Below are positions 1 through 10,158 of a DNA stretch of 64,000 nucleotides, one piece after another. This DNA comes from Caldisericia bacterium. GTDB lineage: Bacteria; Caldisericota; Caldisericia; JAAYUI01. The translations under genes were made by a program, and so were the position numbers. The notes under the pieces were generated by a model that was not told the DNA's origin, did no database searches, and was given only the letters and a program-made list of their open reading frames with translations. Each line of letters begins with the position of its first letter. Within the stretch, counting starts at the first letter, position 1. Location: NCBI GenBank assembly GCA_963674785.1, contig OY771555.1, forward strand, positions 1,824,001 to 1,888,000, given 5' to 3'.

Positions 1-6
1 TCATCC

Positions 7-34
7 TTGACACTTTAAATCGATTTGATATATT
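7..34 (+). promoter_or_regulatory. sigma70-type promoter for the tRNA-Ile/tRNA-Ala pair
   Basis: TTGACA (7-12), 16 bp spacer, TGn-TATATT extended -10 (29-34), 12 nt before tRNA-Ile. Confidence 0.7.
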
Positions 35-46
35 AGTGGCTCATGT

Positions 47-123
47 GGGCCTCTAGCTCAGTTGGTTAGAGCGCATCCCTGATAAGGATGAGGTCAGTGG
101 TTCGAGTCCACTGAGGCCCACCA
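47..123 (+). tRNA. tRNA-Ile(GAT)
   Basis: GGGCCTC/GAGGCCC acceptor stem, TAGCTCAGTTGGTTAGAGC D-arm, CATCC-CTGATAA-GGATG anticodon arm, GGTTCGAGTCC T-arm, encoded CCA. Confidence 0.97.
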
Positions 124-134
124 CTTTTACGGAT

Positions 135-210
135 GGGGACGTAGCTCAGCTGGCAGAGCGCCTCCCTTGCACGGAGGAGGTCGAGCGTTCGAATCGCTTC
201 GTCTCCACCA
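135..210 (+). tRNA. tRNA-Ala(TGC)
   Basis: GGGGACG/CGTCTCC acceptor with the G3:U70 Ala determinant, CCTCC-CTTGCAC-GGAGG anticodon arm, GTTCGAATC T-loop, encoded CCA. Confidence 0.97.
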
Positions 211-450
211 TCCACCTCCCACTGAAGTTTTTTGCTCGTATTCTTATTTAATTCGACCGCATCTCACTTATATGGCACGGAGTTAGGTCTTGGATTAGAA
301 TCGCTTCGACTCCACCATCCACTCCTCTTCAATGAATAACTCTTATCGTTGTTTTATTCGACCGCATCTCACTTTAGGGCACGTAGTTAGGTCTCGGATT
401 AGAATCGCTTCGTCTCAATCATCCACTTCTTTTCAAGGTATTCACTCTTA
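191..450 (+). repeat. tRNA-linked tandem repeats (period ~105 bp) containing the tRNA-Ala 3' end
   Basis: GAATCGCTTCG(T/A)CTC(C/A)A(C/T)CATCCAC at 191, 298 and 402; block ATTCGACCGCATCTCACTT...GGCACG.AGTTAGGTCT.GGATTA at 251 and 356. Confidence 0.85.
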
Positions 451-691
451 TTCATTCCGGTGCATCACATCTCTCTTTGCATTAAGGAAAATAGGATAAG
501 AATTCAAATCCCTATCAGAATCTACAATCCTACTCACTTCAGAATATGTGTTCTTATCATTTATTATTTGACAATATCTCATAAAATCTTGTGAAATTCA
601 CAACTCATAAACAATAATATGAAACACCGACTTGCTACTTCAGAGAATTCCAATATTATAGTTCAGACTTAGTTCCTGGAGGAAATGAAAA

Positions 692-3136
692 ATGAGTAAG
701 TATGATTTCGTAACGCTTGAAGCAAAATGGCAGAAAAAATGGGATGATGTCGATCTTTACAAGACAACAGAGGACAGCTCAAAAGAATCCATGTACTGCC
801 TTGATTTCTTTCCATATCCATCAGGAGCAGGACTCTCGGTTGGTCACTGCCGAAACTATGTACCAACAGACACCTATTCAAGGTTTTTCAGAATGAAGGG
901 TTTCAATGTGCTTCACCCAACAGGTTGGGATGCGTTTGGGCTTCCCGCTGAAAACTATGCAATCAAGATGGGTGTTCATCCAGAAGAGACCACGAGAAAA
1001 AACACAGAAAATTACAAACGCCAGATGCGTTTGATCGGCACAACATACGACTGGAACAGAGAGGTGAACTCATCAAGCCCAGAATATTACAAATGGACAC
1101 AGTGGTTCTTCCTGTTACTTTTCGAAAAAGGACTCGCATACCAGGATTACGGTTCTCAGTGGTGGTGTGATGACTGCAAAACAGTTCTTGCAAACGAACA
1201 GGTCGAAGATGGAAAATGTTGGAGATGTGGACACGAAGCCAGAAAAAAAGACCTCAAACAGTGGTTTTTCAAAATCACTGAGTATGCTGACAGATTGATC
1301 GATGACCTTGATGACCTTGATTGGCCTGAACCAATCAAGATTATGCAGAGAAACTGGATTAACAGGTCACACGGTGCAAAGGCAGTTTTTAAAGCCGAAA
1401 CCGGTGACGATATTGAAATATTTACTACTAGACCAGACACCCTCTTTGGTGCAACGTACATGGTACTTGCCCCAGAACACAAGCTTGTACCAAAACTTAC
1501 AACACCCGGACAAAAAGAAGAGATTGAAACATACATCAAAGAGAGTGCAAAGATTTCCGAAATAGATAGACTCTCAACAGACAAAGAAAAAACAGGTGTT
1601 TTCACAGGCTCGTATGCAACAAATCCAGTAAATGGTGAAAGAATCCCAATCTGGATTGGTGATTATGTACTTGCAAGCTACGGAACTGGTGCAATCATGT
1701 GTGTTCCAGCACACGACACAAGGGATTTTGCATTTGCAAAAAAATTCGACCTTCCTATCGTTGAGGTTGTCTCTCCTGACGGAAACCCACATGAACTGTC
1801 CGATGCTTACACTGAGTCTGGCATCATGATTAACTCGGGTGAATATGACGGCAAGAACTCTGAAGAGTTCAAAAAAATAATCACTGATTGGCTTAAAGCA
1901 AATGGTAAGGGCGATCAGGATATCAATTATAAGATGCGTGATTGGCTCATCAGTAGACAGAGATATTGGGGAGCACCAATTCCAATCATTCACTGTGAAA
2001 AATGCGGAACTGTTCCTGTTCCAAAAAAAGACCTTCCAGTAAAACTTCCACACATCGAAAACTTTGAACCAGCCGGTGATGGAAAATCACCACTTGCAAG
2101 AGCCACTGAATTTGTAAACGTTAAGTGTCCAAAATGTGGTGGAGATGCAAAAAGAGAAACCGATACAATGGATGGTTTCGCATGTTCTTCATGGTATTTC
2201 CTCAGATTTGCAAGCCCACATGTTCATGACAAAGCATTTGATTCAGAAAAGGTGAAATATTGGCTTCCGGTTGATGTGTATGTTGGTGGAGCAGAACATG
2301 CCGTCATGCACCTCATCTATGCGAGATTCTGGACAAAGGTTATTTTTGATGCAGGTCTTATTGACTTCAAAGAGCCGTTTACAAAACTCCTCAACCAGGG
2401 AATGCTTCTGGCTTCCGACCACCAGAAAATGAGTAAATCGAAGGGTAACGTTGTTACACCAGATTCGATGGTCGAAAAATACGGAGCTGATGCTCTTCGA
2501 GGATATATCCTTTTCATGGGGCCATTTGAAGGTGAGGTCATCTGGGATGAAAAGGGATGTGCTGGGGTCCATAGATTTCTTGGAAGACTCTGGGAAATGG
2601 TGACAGGAAATGAATATGATGTTGGTGGGTTGGATGAAAAAACTGAAACAGAACTTAGAAGAATCCAACACAAATTGATTCTAAAGGTTACATCCGACCT
2701 TGAAAACTTCAGGTTCAATACGTCAGTTTCTGCATTCATGGAATCGTATAACAACCTTTTCAAGTATTTTGAGAACAAGGAAGTTACAAACTCAAAGGTT
2801 TGGAGAGAGGTAATTGAGACATATCTGATTTTGCTTGCCCCAATCTGTCCATACATCACAGAGGAAATGTGGGAATCTGTTGGTCACACTGAATCAATCC
2901 ACAAACAGATGTGGCCAAAAGGTGACAGTAGCCTTGCAAAAGATGATGTTGTCAAGATTCCTGTTCAGGTGAATGGAAAACTTCGAGATGTACTCGAGAT
3001 TGAAGCAGGGCTACCCGAGGAAAAACTCAAAGAGCTTGCACTTGCATCAGAAAGTGTTCAGAGGCACATCGCAGACAAACAGGTTCTCAAGGTAATCATA
3101 CCAAAAGGCAAACTTGTCAGCATCGTTGTAAAATAG
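692..3136 (+). CDS. leuS: leucine--tRNA ligase
   Basis: FPYPSGAGLSVGH (HIGH variant), KMSKS, editing-domain FTTRPDTLFG, WLISRQRYWG; GGAGG SD. Confidence 0.98.
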   Translation: MSKYDFVTLEAKWQKKWDDVDLYKTTEDSSKESMYCLDFFPYPSGAGLSVGHCRNYVPTDTYSRFFRMKGFNVLHPTGWDAFGLPAENYAIKMGVHPEETTRKNTENYKRQMRLIGTTYDWNREVNSSSPEYYKWTQWFFLLLFEKGLAYQDYGSQWWCDDCKTVLANEQVEDGKCWRCGHEARKKDLKQWFFKITEYADRLIDDLDDLDWPEPIKIMQRNWINRSHGAKAVFKAETGDDIEIFTTRPDTLFGATYMVLAPEHKLVPKLTTPGQKEEIETYIKESAKISEIDRLSTDKEKTGVFTGSYATNPVNGERIPIWIGDYVLASYGTGAIMCVPAHDTRDFAFAKKFDLPIVEVVSPDGNPHELSDAYTESGIMINSGEYDGKNSEEFKKIITDWLKANGKGDQDINYKMRDWLISRQRYWGAPIPIIHCEKCGTVPVPKKDLPVKLPHIENFEPAGDGKSPLARATEFVNVKCPKCGGDAKRETDTMDGFACSSWYFLRFASPHVHDKAFDSEKVKYWLPVDVYVGGAEHAVMHLIYARFWTKVIFDAGLIDFKEPFTKLLNQGMLLASDHQKMSKSKGNVVTPDSMVEKYGADALRGYILFMGPFEGEVIWDEKGCAGVHRFLGRLWEMVTGNEYDVGGLDEKTETELRRIQHKLILKVTSDLENFRFNTSVSAFMESYNNLFKYFENKEVTNSKVWREVIETYLILLAPICPYITEEMWESVGHTESIHKQMWPKGDSSLAKDDVVKIPVQVNGKLRDVLEIEAGLPEEKLKELALASESVQRHIADKQVLKVIIPKGKLVSIVVK

Positions 3137-3220
3137 ACAGAACAATTTAGGAAACTAATCTGTAATGTTTTTGATAGGACTCAGTCTTAATTATAAAGAA
3201 CTGAGTTCGGAGAGAGAAAT

Positions 3221-4384
3221 ATGAGAAAATTGCTTTCTGTTATGATGTGCCTTTTTCTGGCACTAATATTCGCCGTTGATACATCAAAGACATCTTTAGC
3301 TCAAACAAACGCCAGTTATCCCAATATTGATCTTGAGGAGCTCAGAACAGATTTCTTTAAAAAAATAAATAACCAGCGTAATAAAGCTGGGGTTGCCGAA
3401 CTTATATATGATAATCGACTTGAGATTATCTCTCAAAAACATGCCGAATACATGATGGAACACTTTCTCAATAAAAATGATGCATACAATAGAAATCCGG
3501 GCAGAAGACTTGAAGCAGAAGGATTTGAATGGTGGGCTATCGGTGAAAACATAGGAATCATTTATTTGGATAGCAACATACAAGAAGTTTTAAAAAATCG
3601 TGAGTGGATATTTGAATACACTCCAAACGATCCTTTAACAAACAGGCTTGATAAGGACTTCACTAATGTTGCAATTGGTGTGAGCGTCAATGAAGAGAAG
3701 AAATTTATATATATCTGTGTTGATTATTATACCCCTTACACAAATCAGAAAGAACGCAAGAGACCATATGCCGAACTAATTCCAGGAGATGTCACAGCTT
3801 GGTATAATGATGAAGATGGAATATACAGATCTTATTTCAACTTCAGAAATACTGGAAACACAAACCTAACAGATATTCAAATCGAAGTAAATCTAGAAAA
3901 CTTAGATAACGAGGAAAAGATCATTGCAACTGGAACACTAGACTTTAAAGATATTCTAACTCCCGGCCAATCTGTAACCCTCTACTACGAAACTGAACCA
4001 TTTACATATGATGAAGAAAAAAGCTATATACACATTTATAATATCAAATCATTCAAACCAACAAAAAAGGAACATCCAGAACACTACTTCACAAAGAATT
4101 TTTCAATGAAAAAAGGTGAAGATGGAAAGATCACTCTAGATGCAAGACTCGCAAACATGTCGGAAAAAACATACAGCTTCCACTGTTACGCAACATACTT
4201 CGTACCCTCATCATATGGATACGGATTTGTGTTTCCTGTTGGAAAAAGTAAAACCGTTTCCAAATACTCAATCCAGCCTGGAACAGGTAGGGACATCATC
4301 ATTGATGACTACAGCATCAATCCAGAAAATGAACCTTATATTTCAAAAGTTGAGATAACTTATTGGTTTGAAATCGAAGAATAG
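3221..4384 (+). CDS. secreted CAP/SCP-domain protein with C-terminal Ig-like (FxLYD-like) domains
   Basis: Signal peptide; INNQRNKAG...L..ISQKHAEYM...GENIG...NVAIGV CAP pattern. Confidence 0.7.
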   Translation: MRKLLSVMMCLFLALIFAVDTSKTSLAQTNASYPNIDLEELRTDFFKKINNQRNKAGVAELIYDNRLEIISQKHAEYMMEHFLNKNDAYNRNPGRRLEAEGFEWWAIGENIGIIYLDSNIQEVLKNREWIFEYTPNDPLTNRLDKDFTNVAIGVSVNEEKKFIYICVDYYTPYTNQKERKRPYAELIPGDVTAWYNDEDGIYRSYFNFRNTGNTNLTDIQIEVNLENLDNEEKIIATGTLDFKDILTPGQSVTLYYETEPFTYDEEKSYIHIYNIKSFKPTKKEHPEHYFTKNFSMKKGEDGKITLDARLANMSEKTYSFHCYATYFVPSSYGYGFVFPVGKSKTVSKYSIQPGTGRDIIIDDYSINPENEPYISKVEITYWFEIEE

Positions 4385-4388
4385 TTAC

Positions 4389-5420
4389 CTATGCGCTGTG
4401 TCTGAAGTTGATGATGTCACCATCAACAACAGTGTATTCTTTTCCCTCAAGTCTAAGTTTGCCTTGAGTTTTTGCTTCTTTGAGTGAATTATCACAAGCT
4501 ATGAAATCCTCATATGAACAAACCTCTGCTCTGATAAACTGTTTTGCGATGTCAGTGTGAATCTTCCCCGCGGCAGTAACAGCGTTATCACCTTTTCTGA
4601 TTGTCCACGCACGACACTCATCTTCTCCTGCTGTGAAGAAAACCTGAAGGCCCAAGATATCAAAAACATGCTGGATGACTTTTCCCGATGCAGTGTCTTT
4701 GATTCCATACTCTTCCATGAACACTTCTCTATCTTCATCTTCAAGCTGAGTAATTTCGGCTTCAATAGACGCACAAAGTTTCGTATGTGAGACACCCTTC
4801 TCATCAAGAAGCTTGATGATTTCTTTCGTTGTGTCTGAATCATCATTAATTTCATCTTCAGATATGTTCAAAACAACAAATATCGGGAATCTCGTGTAAA
4901 GCTCAAGACCAGAAAGAGATTTCAATTCAGCGGCACTAAGCTCGACCTCTTTAAGATACTTCCCATCCTCAAGCTCTTTGTGGAGTTTATTCAAAAGCTC
5001 GAGTGACGGTCCGGTGTATTTTGGATCAATCTTAATTTTGTTCTCTTTTTTGAGCATTTTTTCAATCATCTCAAGGTCACTCAAAAGAAGTAGATCGAAT
5101 ATATCCTCAAGCTCTTTTTTGGCACCATCTCTAAAACATGGCACAGTCACAAGCAGAGCTGAAACAGTTTTTATAAAATTCAAAAATCCCTGATCAGCGC
5201 CACCTTTTCTTGTTGGTTTTGGTGGTGGTGCATCGATGAAATTGATTGTTGCATTTATCTGTTTTTTTGGTTTGAAGATTGATGTTAGATAATCCAGTCT
5301 TTCATCAGGAACTTTGACAACGGCGCGTTTTCCCAGTTCATGTCCTGGATCGATTCCAGTGATTGCGTTAAACAGAGTTGACTTTCCCGATCTTGGTGAT
5401 CCAATAATTCCAATATCCAT
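4389..5420 (-). CDS. ychF: redox-regulated ATPase YchF (Obg family)
   Basis: GSPRSGKST P-loop, VPDERLD, FFTAGEDECRAWT, AAGKIHTD, EGKEYTVVDGD; start set at the ATG 5420 just after the sucD stop. Confidence 0.93.
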   Translation of the reverse strand: MDIGIIGSPRSGKSTLFNAITGIDPGHELGKRAVVKVPDERLDYLTSIFKPKKQINATINFIDAPPPKPTRKGGADQGFLNFIKTVSALLVTVPCFRDGAKKELEDIFDLLLLSDLEMIEKMLKKENKIKIDPKYTGPSLELLNKLHKELEDGKYLKEVELSAAELKSLSGLELYTRFPIFVVLNISEDEINDDSDTTKEIIKLLDEKGVSHTKLCASIEAEITQLEDEDREVFMEEYGIKDTASGKVIQHVFDILGLQVFFTAGEDECRAWTIRKGDNAVTAAGKIHTDIAKQFIRAEVCSYEDFIACDNSLKEAKTQGKLRLEGKEYTVVDGDIINFRHSA

Positions 5421-5422
5421 TT

Positions 5423-6289
5423 TTATATCTCCTTCAATAGTTCCGGAATCTGCCAAGGAAGCCTCGCAACTTTTATTCCAGAATCTTCAAGTTCTTTAAT
5501 TTTTTCACTAGCACTCATTCCTTTTCCGGCAATGATTGCTCCCGCATGTCCCATCTTTTTTTCAGGTGGGGCATTTCTTCCAGCGATATATGCGACGATA
5601 GGCTTTTTTATCTTACCATCTCTGACAAGTTTTGCGACTTTCTGCTCTTCGTTTCCACCAATCTCACCAATCATGACAATTGTTTTTGTTTCAGGATCAT
5701 CGCCAAACATCTGGACAACTTCAGAAAGCCTTGTTCCCACAATCTGGTCGCCTCCAACTCCGATCGCAGTTGAGACGCCAAACCCATCTTCTTTCATATC
5801 AGAAAGAATCTGATAGGTAAGAGTACCAGACCTTGAAACCAATCCAACATCACCGCACATAGTGATGTGTGGTGGAATAATGCCAGCCAGAATAACACCT
5901 GGAATAAGCATTCCCGGGGTATTTGGACCAACAATTCTTACATCTTTTAAACTGGCTTTTTTGTATATCTTTATCATCTCATGAACAGGAATACCCTCTG
6001 TTACAACGATGATTGTTTTTATCCCTGCATCAATCGCCTCATTTATTGCGTTTGGGGCAAATCTCGCTGGCACAAAAATTATGGATGAATTGGCATCGGT
6101 TTCTAATAAGGCTTTTTCAACGGCATCAAAAAGAGGGAATCCTTTGTTTGTGAAACCATTTTTTTTAGGGGTGACTCCACCAACAACAACTCCACAATAA
6201 TCATTTATCTTTTTTGCATGGAATGAGCCATCGCGTCCGGTAATTCCTTGAATCAAAATCCTGGAGTTTTTATCAAGAATAATACTCAT
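5423..6289 (-). CDS. sucD: succinate--CoA ligase (acyl-CoA synthetase) alpha subunit
   Basis: QGITGRDG, GGVTP, GPNTPG, SRSGTLTY, GEIGG, phospho-His motif MGHAGA. Confidence 0.95.
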   Translation of the reverse strand: MSIILDKNSRILIQGITGRDGSFHAKKINDYCGVVVGGVTPKKNGFTNKGFPLFDAVEKALLETDANSSIIFVPARFAPNAINEAIDAGIKTIIVVTEGIPVHEMIKIYKKASLKDVRIVGPNTPGMLIPGVILAGIIPPHITMCGDVGLVSRSGTLTYQILSDMKEDGFGVSTAIGVGGDQIVGTRLSEVVQMFGDDPETKTIVMIGEIGGNEEQKVAKLVRDGKIKKPIVAYIAGRNAPPEKKMGHAGAIIAGKGMSASEKIKELEDSGIKVARLPWQIPELLKEI

Positions 6290-7409
6290 GATAAACCTCT
6301 GAGACATGCTCTAAAGCGCTTTTCATCGAAGAAAAACTTCTAGCTCTTGTGTTCATAAGCATCTGTTTTGCTTGTATAGACTCATTTCCAGAAAGATGAA
6401 CCACCAACGGAATCTTCAAATCGATTCTTTTGAGGGTCTCGATTATTCCATTTGCAATATCGACACACCTTGTTATTCCGCCAAAAATATTTATGAAAAT
6501 TATTTTTAAACCTTTATTTCTCAAAAGGATGTTCACAGCTTTAACCATTTTATCAGTTGAAGATGATCCACCAACATCAAGAAGATTCGCTGGTTTTAAT
6601 CCAAATTCAGATATTGCATCAACTGTTGCCATTGCAAGTCCTGCACCATTTACAACACAGCCAATATCTCCATCAAGTTGAACATAAGATAGACCGGCAT
6701 TCTTTGCTTCAAGTTCAATATCTGTTAGATTTGTACTTGTATCTATACCTAGTTCATCCAATTTTGACAGCGAATAATCATCGATTCGAATCTTTGCATC
6801 AACAGCAAATAACTCATTTTTTTTATTCACAGAAAGAGGATTTATCTCAATAAGAGTGGCGTTATATTTCCAAAAACCTGAAATCAGGCTGTGGATTAAC
6901 TCAGAAAAGGATTGATACAAGCGTTCATCAAGAGTAAGAAATTCAAAAATCTCCTTGATCTTTTCATCATTCATATCTGAATCTATCGGAACAATTGTTT
7001 TGAGAATAGCATCTGGATTTTTTTCTGATACTTCCTCGATATCAACTCCACCCTCTTTTGAAGCAAGGATAACGGGTTCTCCAGTAGATGTATCCAAGAG
7101 AATTGAAAGATAATATTCTCGCTTAATATCAACAGCTTTCGCAATCATTATCTTTTCAACTGGAATCCCACAAATTTTCTTCGAAAATAATTCTGACGAT
7201 ACGGATTCAACCGTTGATACATCACACAGCTTAATACCACCAGCTTTTCCACGAGAGCCGACTCCAACCTCGGCTTTTAAAACAAGCAGCCCATCAAGAC
7301 CGCTTGCAACATTAACCGCCTCGTCTACTGATTTTACGAGATACCCATCATAGACAGGGATGCCGATATCTTTGAAAATTTTTCGCGCATCTGTTTCTGT
7401 TAGATTCAT
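6273..7409 (-). CDS. sucC: succinate--CoA ligase beta subunit (ATP-grasp)
   Basis: RGKAGG, EGGVDIEEV, EINPL, VNGAGLAMAT, NIFGGITRC. Confidence 0.95.
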   Translation of the reverse strand: MNLTETDARKIFKDIGIPVYDGYLVKSVDEAVNVASGLDGLLVLKAEVGVGSRGKAGGIKLCDVSTVESVSSELFSKKICGIPVEKIMIAKAVDIKREYYLSILLDTSTGEPVILASKEGGVDIEEVSEKNPDAILKTIVPIDSDMNDEKIKEIFEFLTLDERLYQSFSELIHSLISGFWKYNATLIEINPLSVNKKNELFAVDAKIRIDDYSLSKLDELGIDTSTNLTDIELEAKNAGLSYVQLDGDIGCVVNGAGLAMATVDAISEFGLKPANLLDVGGSSSTDKMVKAVNILLRNKGLKIIFINIFGGITRCVDIANGIIETLKRIDLKIPLVVHLSGNESIQAKQMLMNTRARSFSSMKSALEHVSEVYHEYYS

Positions 7410-7432
7410 AGAACAACAAATATAGTATTAGT

Positions 7433-8335
7433 TTATGATTTATTCAAGCGAAGTTTTTCAAGCATGAGCTTGAAGTTTTCGGGAGGATCATAAGACAGGT
7501 CATAATCTTTCCCGTTAAACGCAAAGGAAAGCTTGCCACAGTGAAGATATGGATACTCTGCTGGATACCTAGAATCAGCACCACCATAAACGATGTCACC
7601 CAAAATTGGATGTCCAGTATAGCTCAAATGAACTCGAATCTGATGTGTTCTACCCGTAACAAGCTTAACACGCACATACGTATGTTCTTTTAATCTTTCA
7701 ATCTCTTCAACTTTTGAGATTGACTCTCTTCCCTCTTCATCGATTGTCATCTTCCATCTGTGATTCAAATCCCTTGCAATAGGCGCATTGATAACAATTC
7801 TTTCGAGATCAAAATAACCTTTAGCAATTGCTACATATTGCTTATCAATCGTTCGCTTTTTGAACATCCTGGAAAACTCTTTTAGGGCAAAATCAGTTTT
7901 AGCAATCACCATCAAACCAGACGTACCTTTATCCAGTCTATGAACAATTCCAGGACGTTCCTTTCCAATCATTCCAGAAAGCTTCCCTCTACAATGGTGA
8001 AGCATTGCATTGACAAGAGTTCCACTTTTTGTATGACCTGTTGGATGAGTGAGCATTCCTTGTGGCTTCATTGCAACAAGGAAGTCATTTTCTTCATGAA
8101 CAATTGGCACAGGCAACTCTTCAGGTTCTATTTCGAGTTTTTCCTGTCTTGGAAGCAGCACATCGATACTGTCTCCATAAACAAGTTTATAGGATGGTTT
8201 GATGTCTTTCTTGTTCACCTGCACCGAACCATCCTTTATCATGCCAGCAATCTGGTTTCTTGATAAAAAAGAAATTCTCGAAGAGAGAAAGGAATCAATC
8301 CTTTCGCTCTCCTTTAAATCATAATCTATATGCAT
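7433..8335 (-). CDS. rluD: RluA/RluD family pseudouridine synthase with S4 domain
   Basis: S4 N-terminus, VHRLDKGTSG catalytic motif, TGRTHQIRVH. Confidence 0.9.
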   Translation of the reverse strand: MHIDYDLKESERIDSFLSSRISFLSRNQIAGMIKDGSVQVNKKDIKPSYKLVYGDSIDVLLPRQEKLEIEPEELPVPIVHEENDFLVAMKPQGMLTHPTGHTKSGTLVNAMLHHCRGKLSGMIGKERPGIVHRLDKGTSGLMVIAKTDFALKEFSRMFKKRTIDKQYVAIAKGYFDLERIVINAPIARDLNHRWKMTIDEEGRESISKVEEIERLKEHTYVRVKLVTGRTHQIRVHLSYTGHPILGDIVYGGADSRYPAEYPYLHCGKLSFAFNGKDYDLSYDPPENFKLMLEKLRLNKS

Positions 8336-8341
8336 AAAAAA

Positions 8342-10093
8342 CTAATCTGGATTTGGATAGGTGATTTTTACCTGTCTGGTATCTGCGAACCATTCAACCT
8401 TTGCACCTAGGTTTTCGGTGATAAACCTTACGGGTACAACTGTTCTTCCATTTCTAATTAATGGTGCCTGATCCATTTCAACCGCAACACCATTTTTTTT
8501 GGCTGTTGTTTTGTTTATCCACACCTCAACCAAAACATGCCCTTCAACTGCAGAATCAATCTCATACCACACTTTTTCAACTGCTGCATCTTTTGGTGAG
8601 TAATCGAGTGTTGCACCGATCCTTTCACCAATAAATCTAAACGGGATAACAGTTCTACCGCTACTAGCAACAATAAAAGGGGCGGTATCTAGTGGTTGTG
8701 GCCATTCAATTCCATTTATATATGTAGTTGTTGAACCAATTGTAAAAAGCATGATGATTTCTTCCTGTACACATTTAACAAAAAATGGCCCAATTGTTTC
8801 CGAGTCACCAAGTTCATTTTCAACGGTTATTGTGTATTCAACAGTTTGACCAGGAGTAAGTGGAATTTTCGCCTCATAATTACCGTCTTCATCAGCGATG
8901 ACCTCAACCTCACCAGAGATTCCAGATGGTTTAAGTTTCCACTTGATTACAACTTTTGAGCCAGGGGTTGCAGTACCTTTGACAGTATACTCGCTACCCA
9001 CAACCTCAACTGTTTCTCCTGGTTTTGGAAGATTTGGATCAACACTCAAAACAGGCTTTGATGGTTGTGCTTTTGCATGATATGAACAGGCAACGTTATA
9101 GTCAGTTGCAGTTACACAACAGACCTTGTAGGTATAGTTTTCTCCATTATCAACATTGCTATCAAGCCACTCTGTTTCGCCATCAATGAGCGGGAAGTCA
9201 TGAATCTGAATCCACTCTCCACCTTCTTTTTGTCTATAAACCCTGTAACCATAGCAACTATCTGACTCCTCAGGTGGCTCCCACTTCAATAATACCTTTC
9301 CATCACCATTTATCGCTCTAACATTGAGGGGAGATTCTTTCTGCTGTAACCAACCAGAACCCATCACATAATAGAGCATATGACAGAAAATTCTCTTGAT
9401 TTCAACATTTCCAAAAGCCATACCAGTGTTCCCAACCGCAATATATCCAGCCTTTGCTTTCGAGGATTCACATGATACTTCATTTGTCCAAACGGTTTTT
9501 ACACCCTCATTTGTCTGCGCAATAAGATGAGTAGAAGGATAACAGATTGGTTCATGAATTGTCCCAAGATGACACTGAAATGATTGGGCCACATCTCTTA
9601 CAATCTCATGGTCCATATCAATCACTCTGACCATTGTTCTACCAACGCTTGTTTCTTCTTTGTGTTGAGCACCAACAAGTTTCTGAAGTATTTTATTGTT
9701 CGCAGATGGTTCAAGAAGATAACCAGAGACAATGAGTCCGGAAACACCATTGCAACATCGGTCTTCAATGAGTTTTTCAAGTTCTTCAGGCATATCATGA
9801 TTTGCTGCTTTATCAGTATCAAAAAGGCAGATCACATGGTAACCATTATACTTGAGTTTCTCTTCAAGTTTTGAAAATGAAGTCACCAACACTGGATCAT
9901 TTGCAGTATTAACATTTCCTCCGGTAAGGAGAATATTATTGACAACAAGATTTACTGTAGAAGGACTACTCCAAACGATAATATCAAGGTATTCACGGAA
10001 TTCCCCAATTGCATTTGTGGTTTCAACTCCGGTATATGTAAACCCAAATAATATGAAAACAATGACAAGAATAGCAATGAATTTCTTTCTCAT
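8342..10093 (-). CDS. secreted protein with Fn3/Ig-like domains and C-terminal stalk (copper amine oxidase N-like) domain
   Basis: Signal peptide; LKWEPP...GYRVYR...YTYKV Fn3 pattern; GRTVVPVRFITENLGAKVEW stalk motif. Confidence 0.75.
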   Translation of the reverse strand: MRKKFIAILVIVFILFGFTYTGVETTNAIGEFREYLDIIVWSSPSTVNLVVNNILLTGGNVNTANDPVLVTSFSKLEEKLKYNGYHVICLFDTDKAANHDMPEELEKLIEDRCCNGVSGLIVSGYLLEPSANNKILQKLVGAQHKEETSVGRTMVRVIDMDHEIVRDVAQSFQCHLGTIHEPICYPSTHLIAQTNEGVKTVWTNEVSCESSKAKAGYIAVGNTGMAFGNVEIKRIFCHMLYYVMGSGWLQQKESPLNVRAINGDGKVLLKWEPPEESDSCYGYRVYRQKEGGEWIQIHDFPLIDGETEWLDSNVDNGENYTYKVCCVTATDYNVACSYHAKAQPSKPVLSVDPNLPKPGETVEVVGSEYTVKGTATPGSKVVIKWKLKPSGISGEVEVIADEDGNYEAKIPLTPGQTVEYTITVENELGDSETIGPFFVKCVQEEIIMLFTIGSTTTYINGIEWPQPLDTAPFIVASSGRTVIPFRFIGERIGATLDYSPKDAAVEKVWYEIDSAVEGHVLVEVWINKTTAKKNGVAVEMDQAPLIRNGRTVVPVRFITENLGAKVEWFADTRQVKITYPNPD

Positions 10094-10158
10094 TTATCGC
10101 TCCTTAGTTTCAAAAACACAAATCAGATTCTAGCGAGTTTGGGGAAATTATCAATCTT

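Noticed and set aside
191-450. CRISPR array interpretation of the repeats after tRNA-Ala
   Set aside because: The conserved part is about 70 bp and includes the tRNA end, the spacers resemble one another, and no cas genes are present
430-691. T-box riboswitch before leuS
   Set aside because: No T-box consensus (GGTGGNACCGCG) or terminator/antiterminator is visible
3177-3208. Inverted repeat GGACTCAGT...ACTGAGTTC after leuS
   Set aside because: Long loop and no U-tract; cannot be assigned as a terminator or operator
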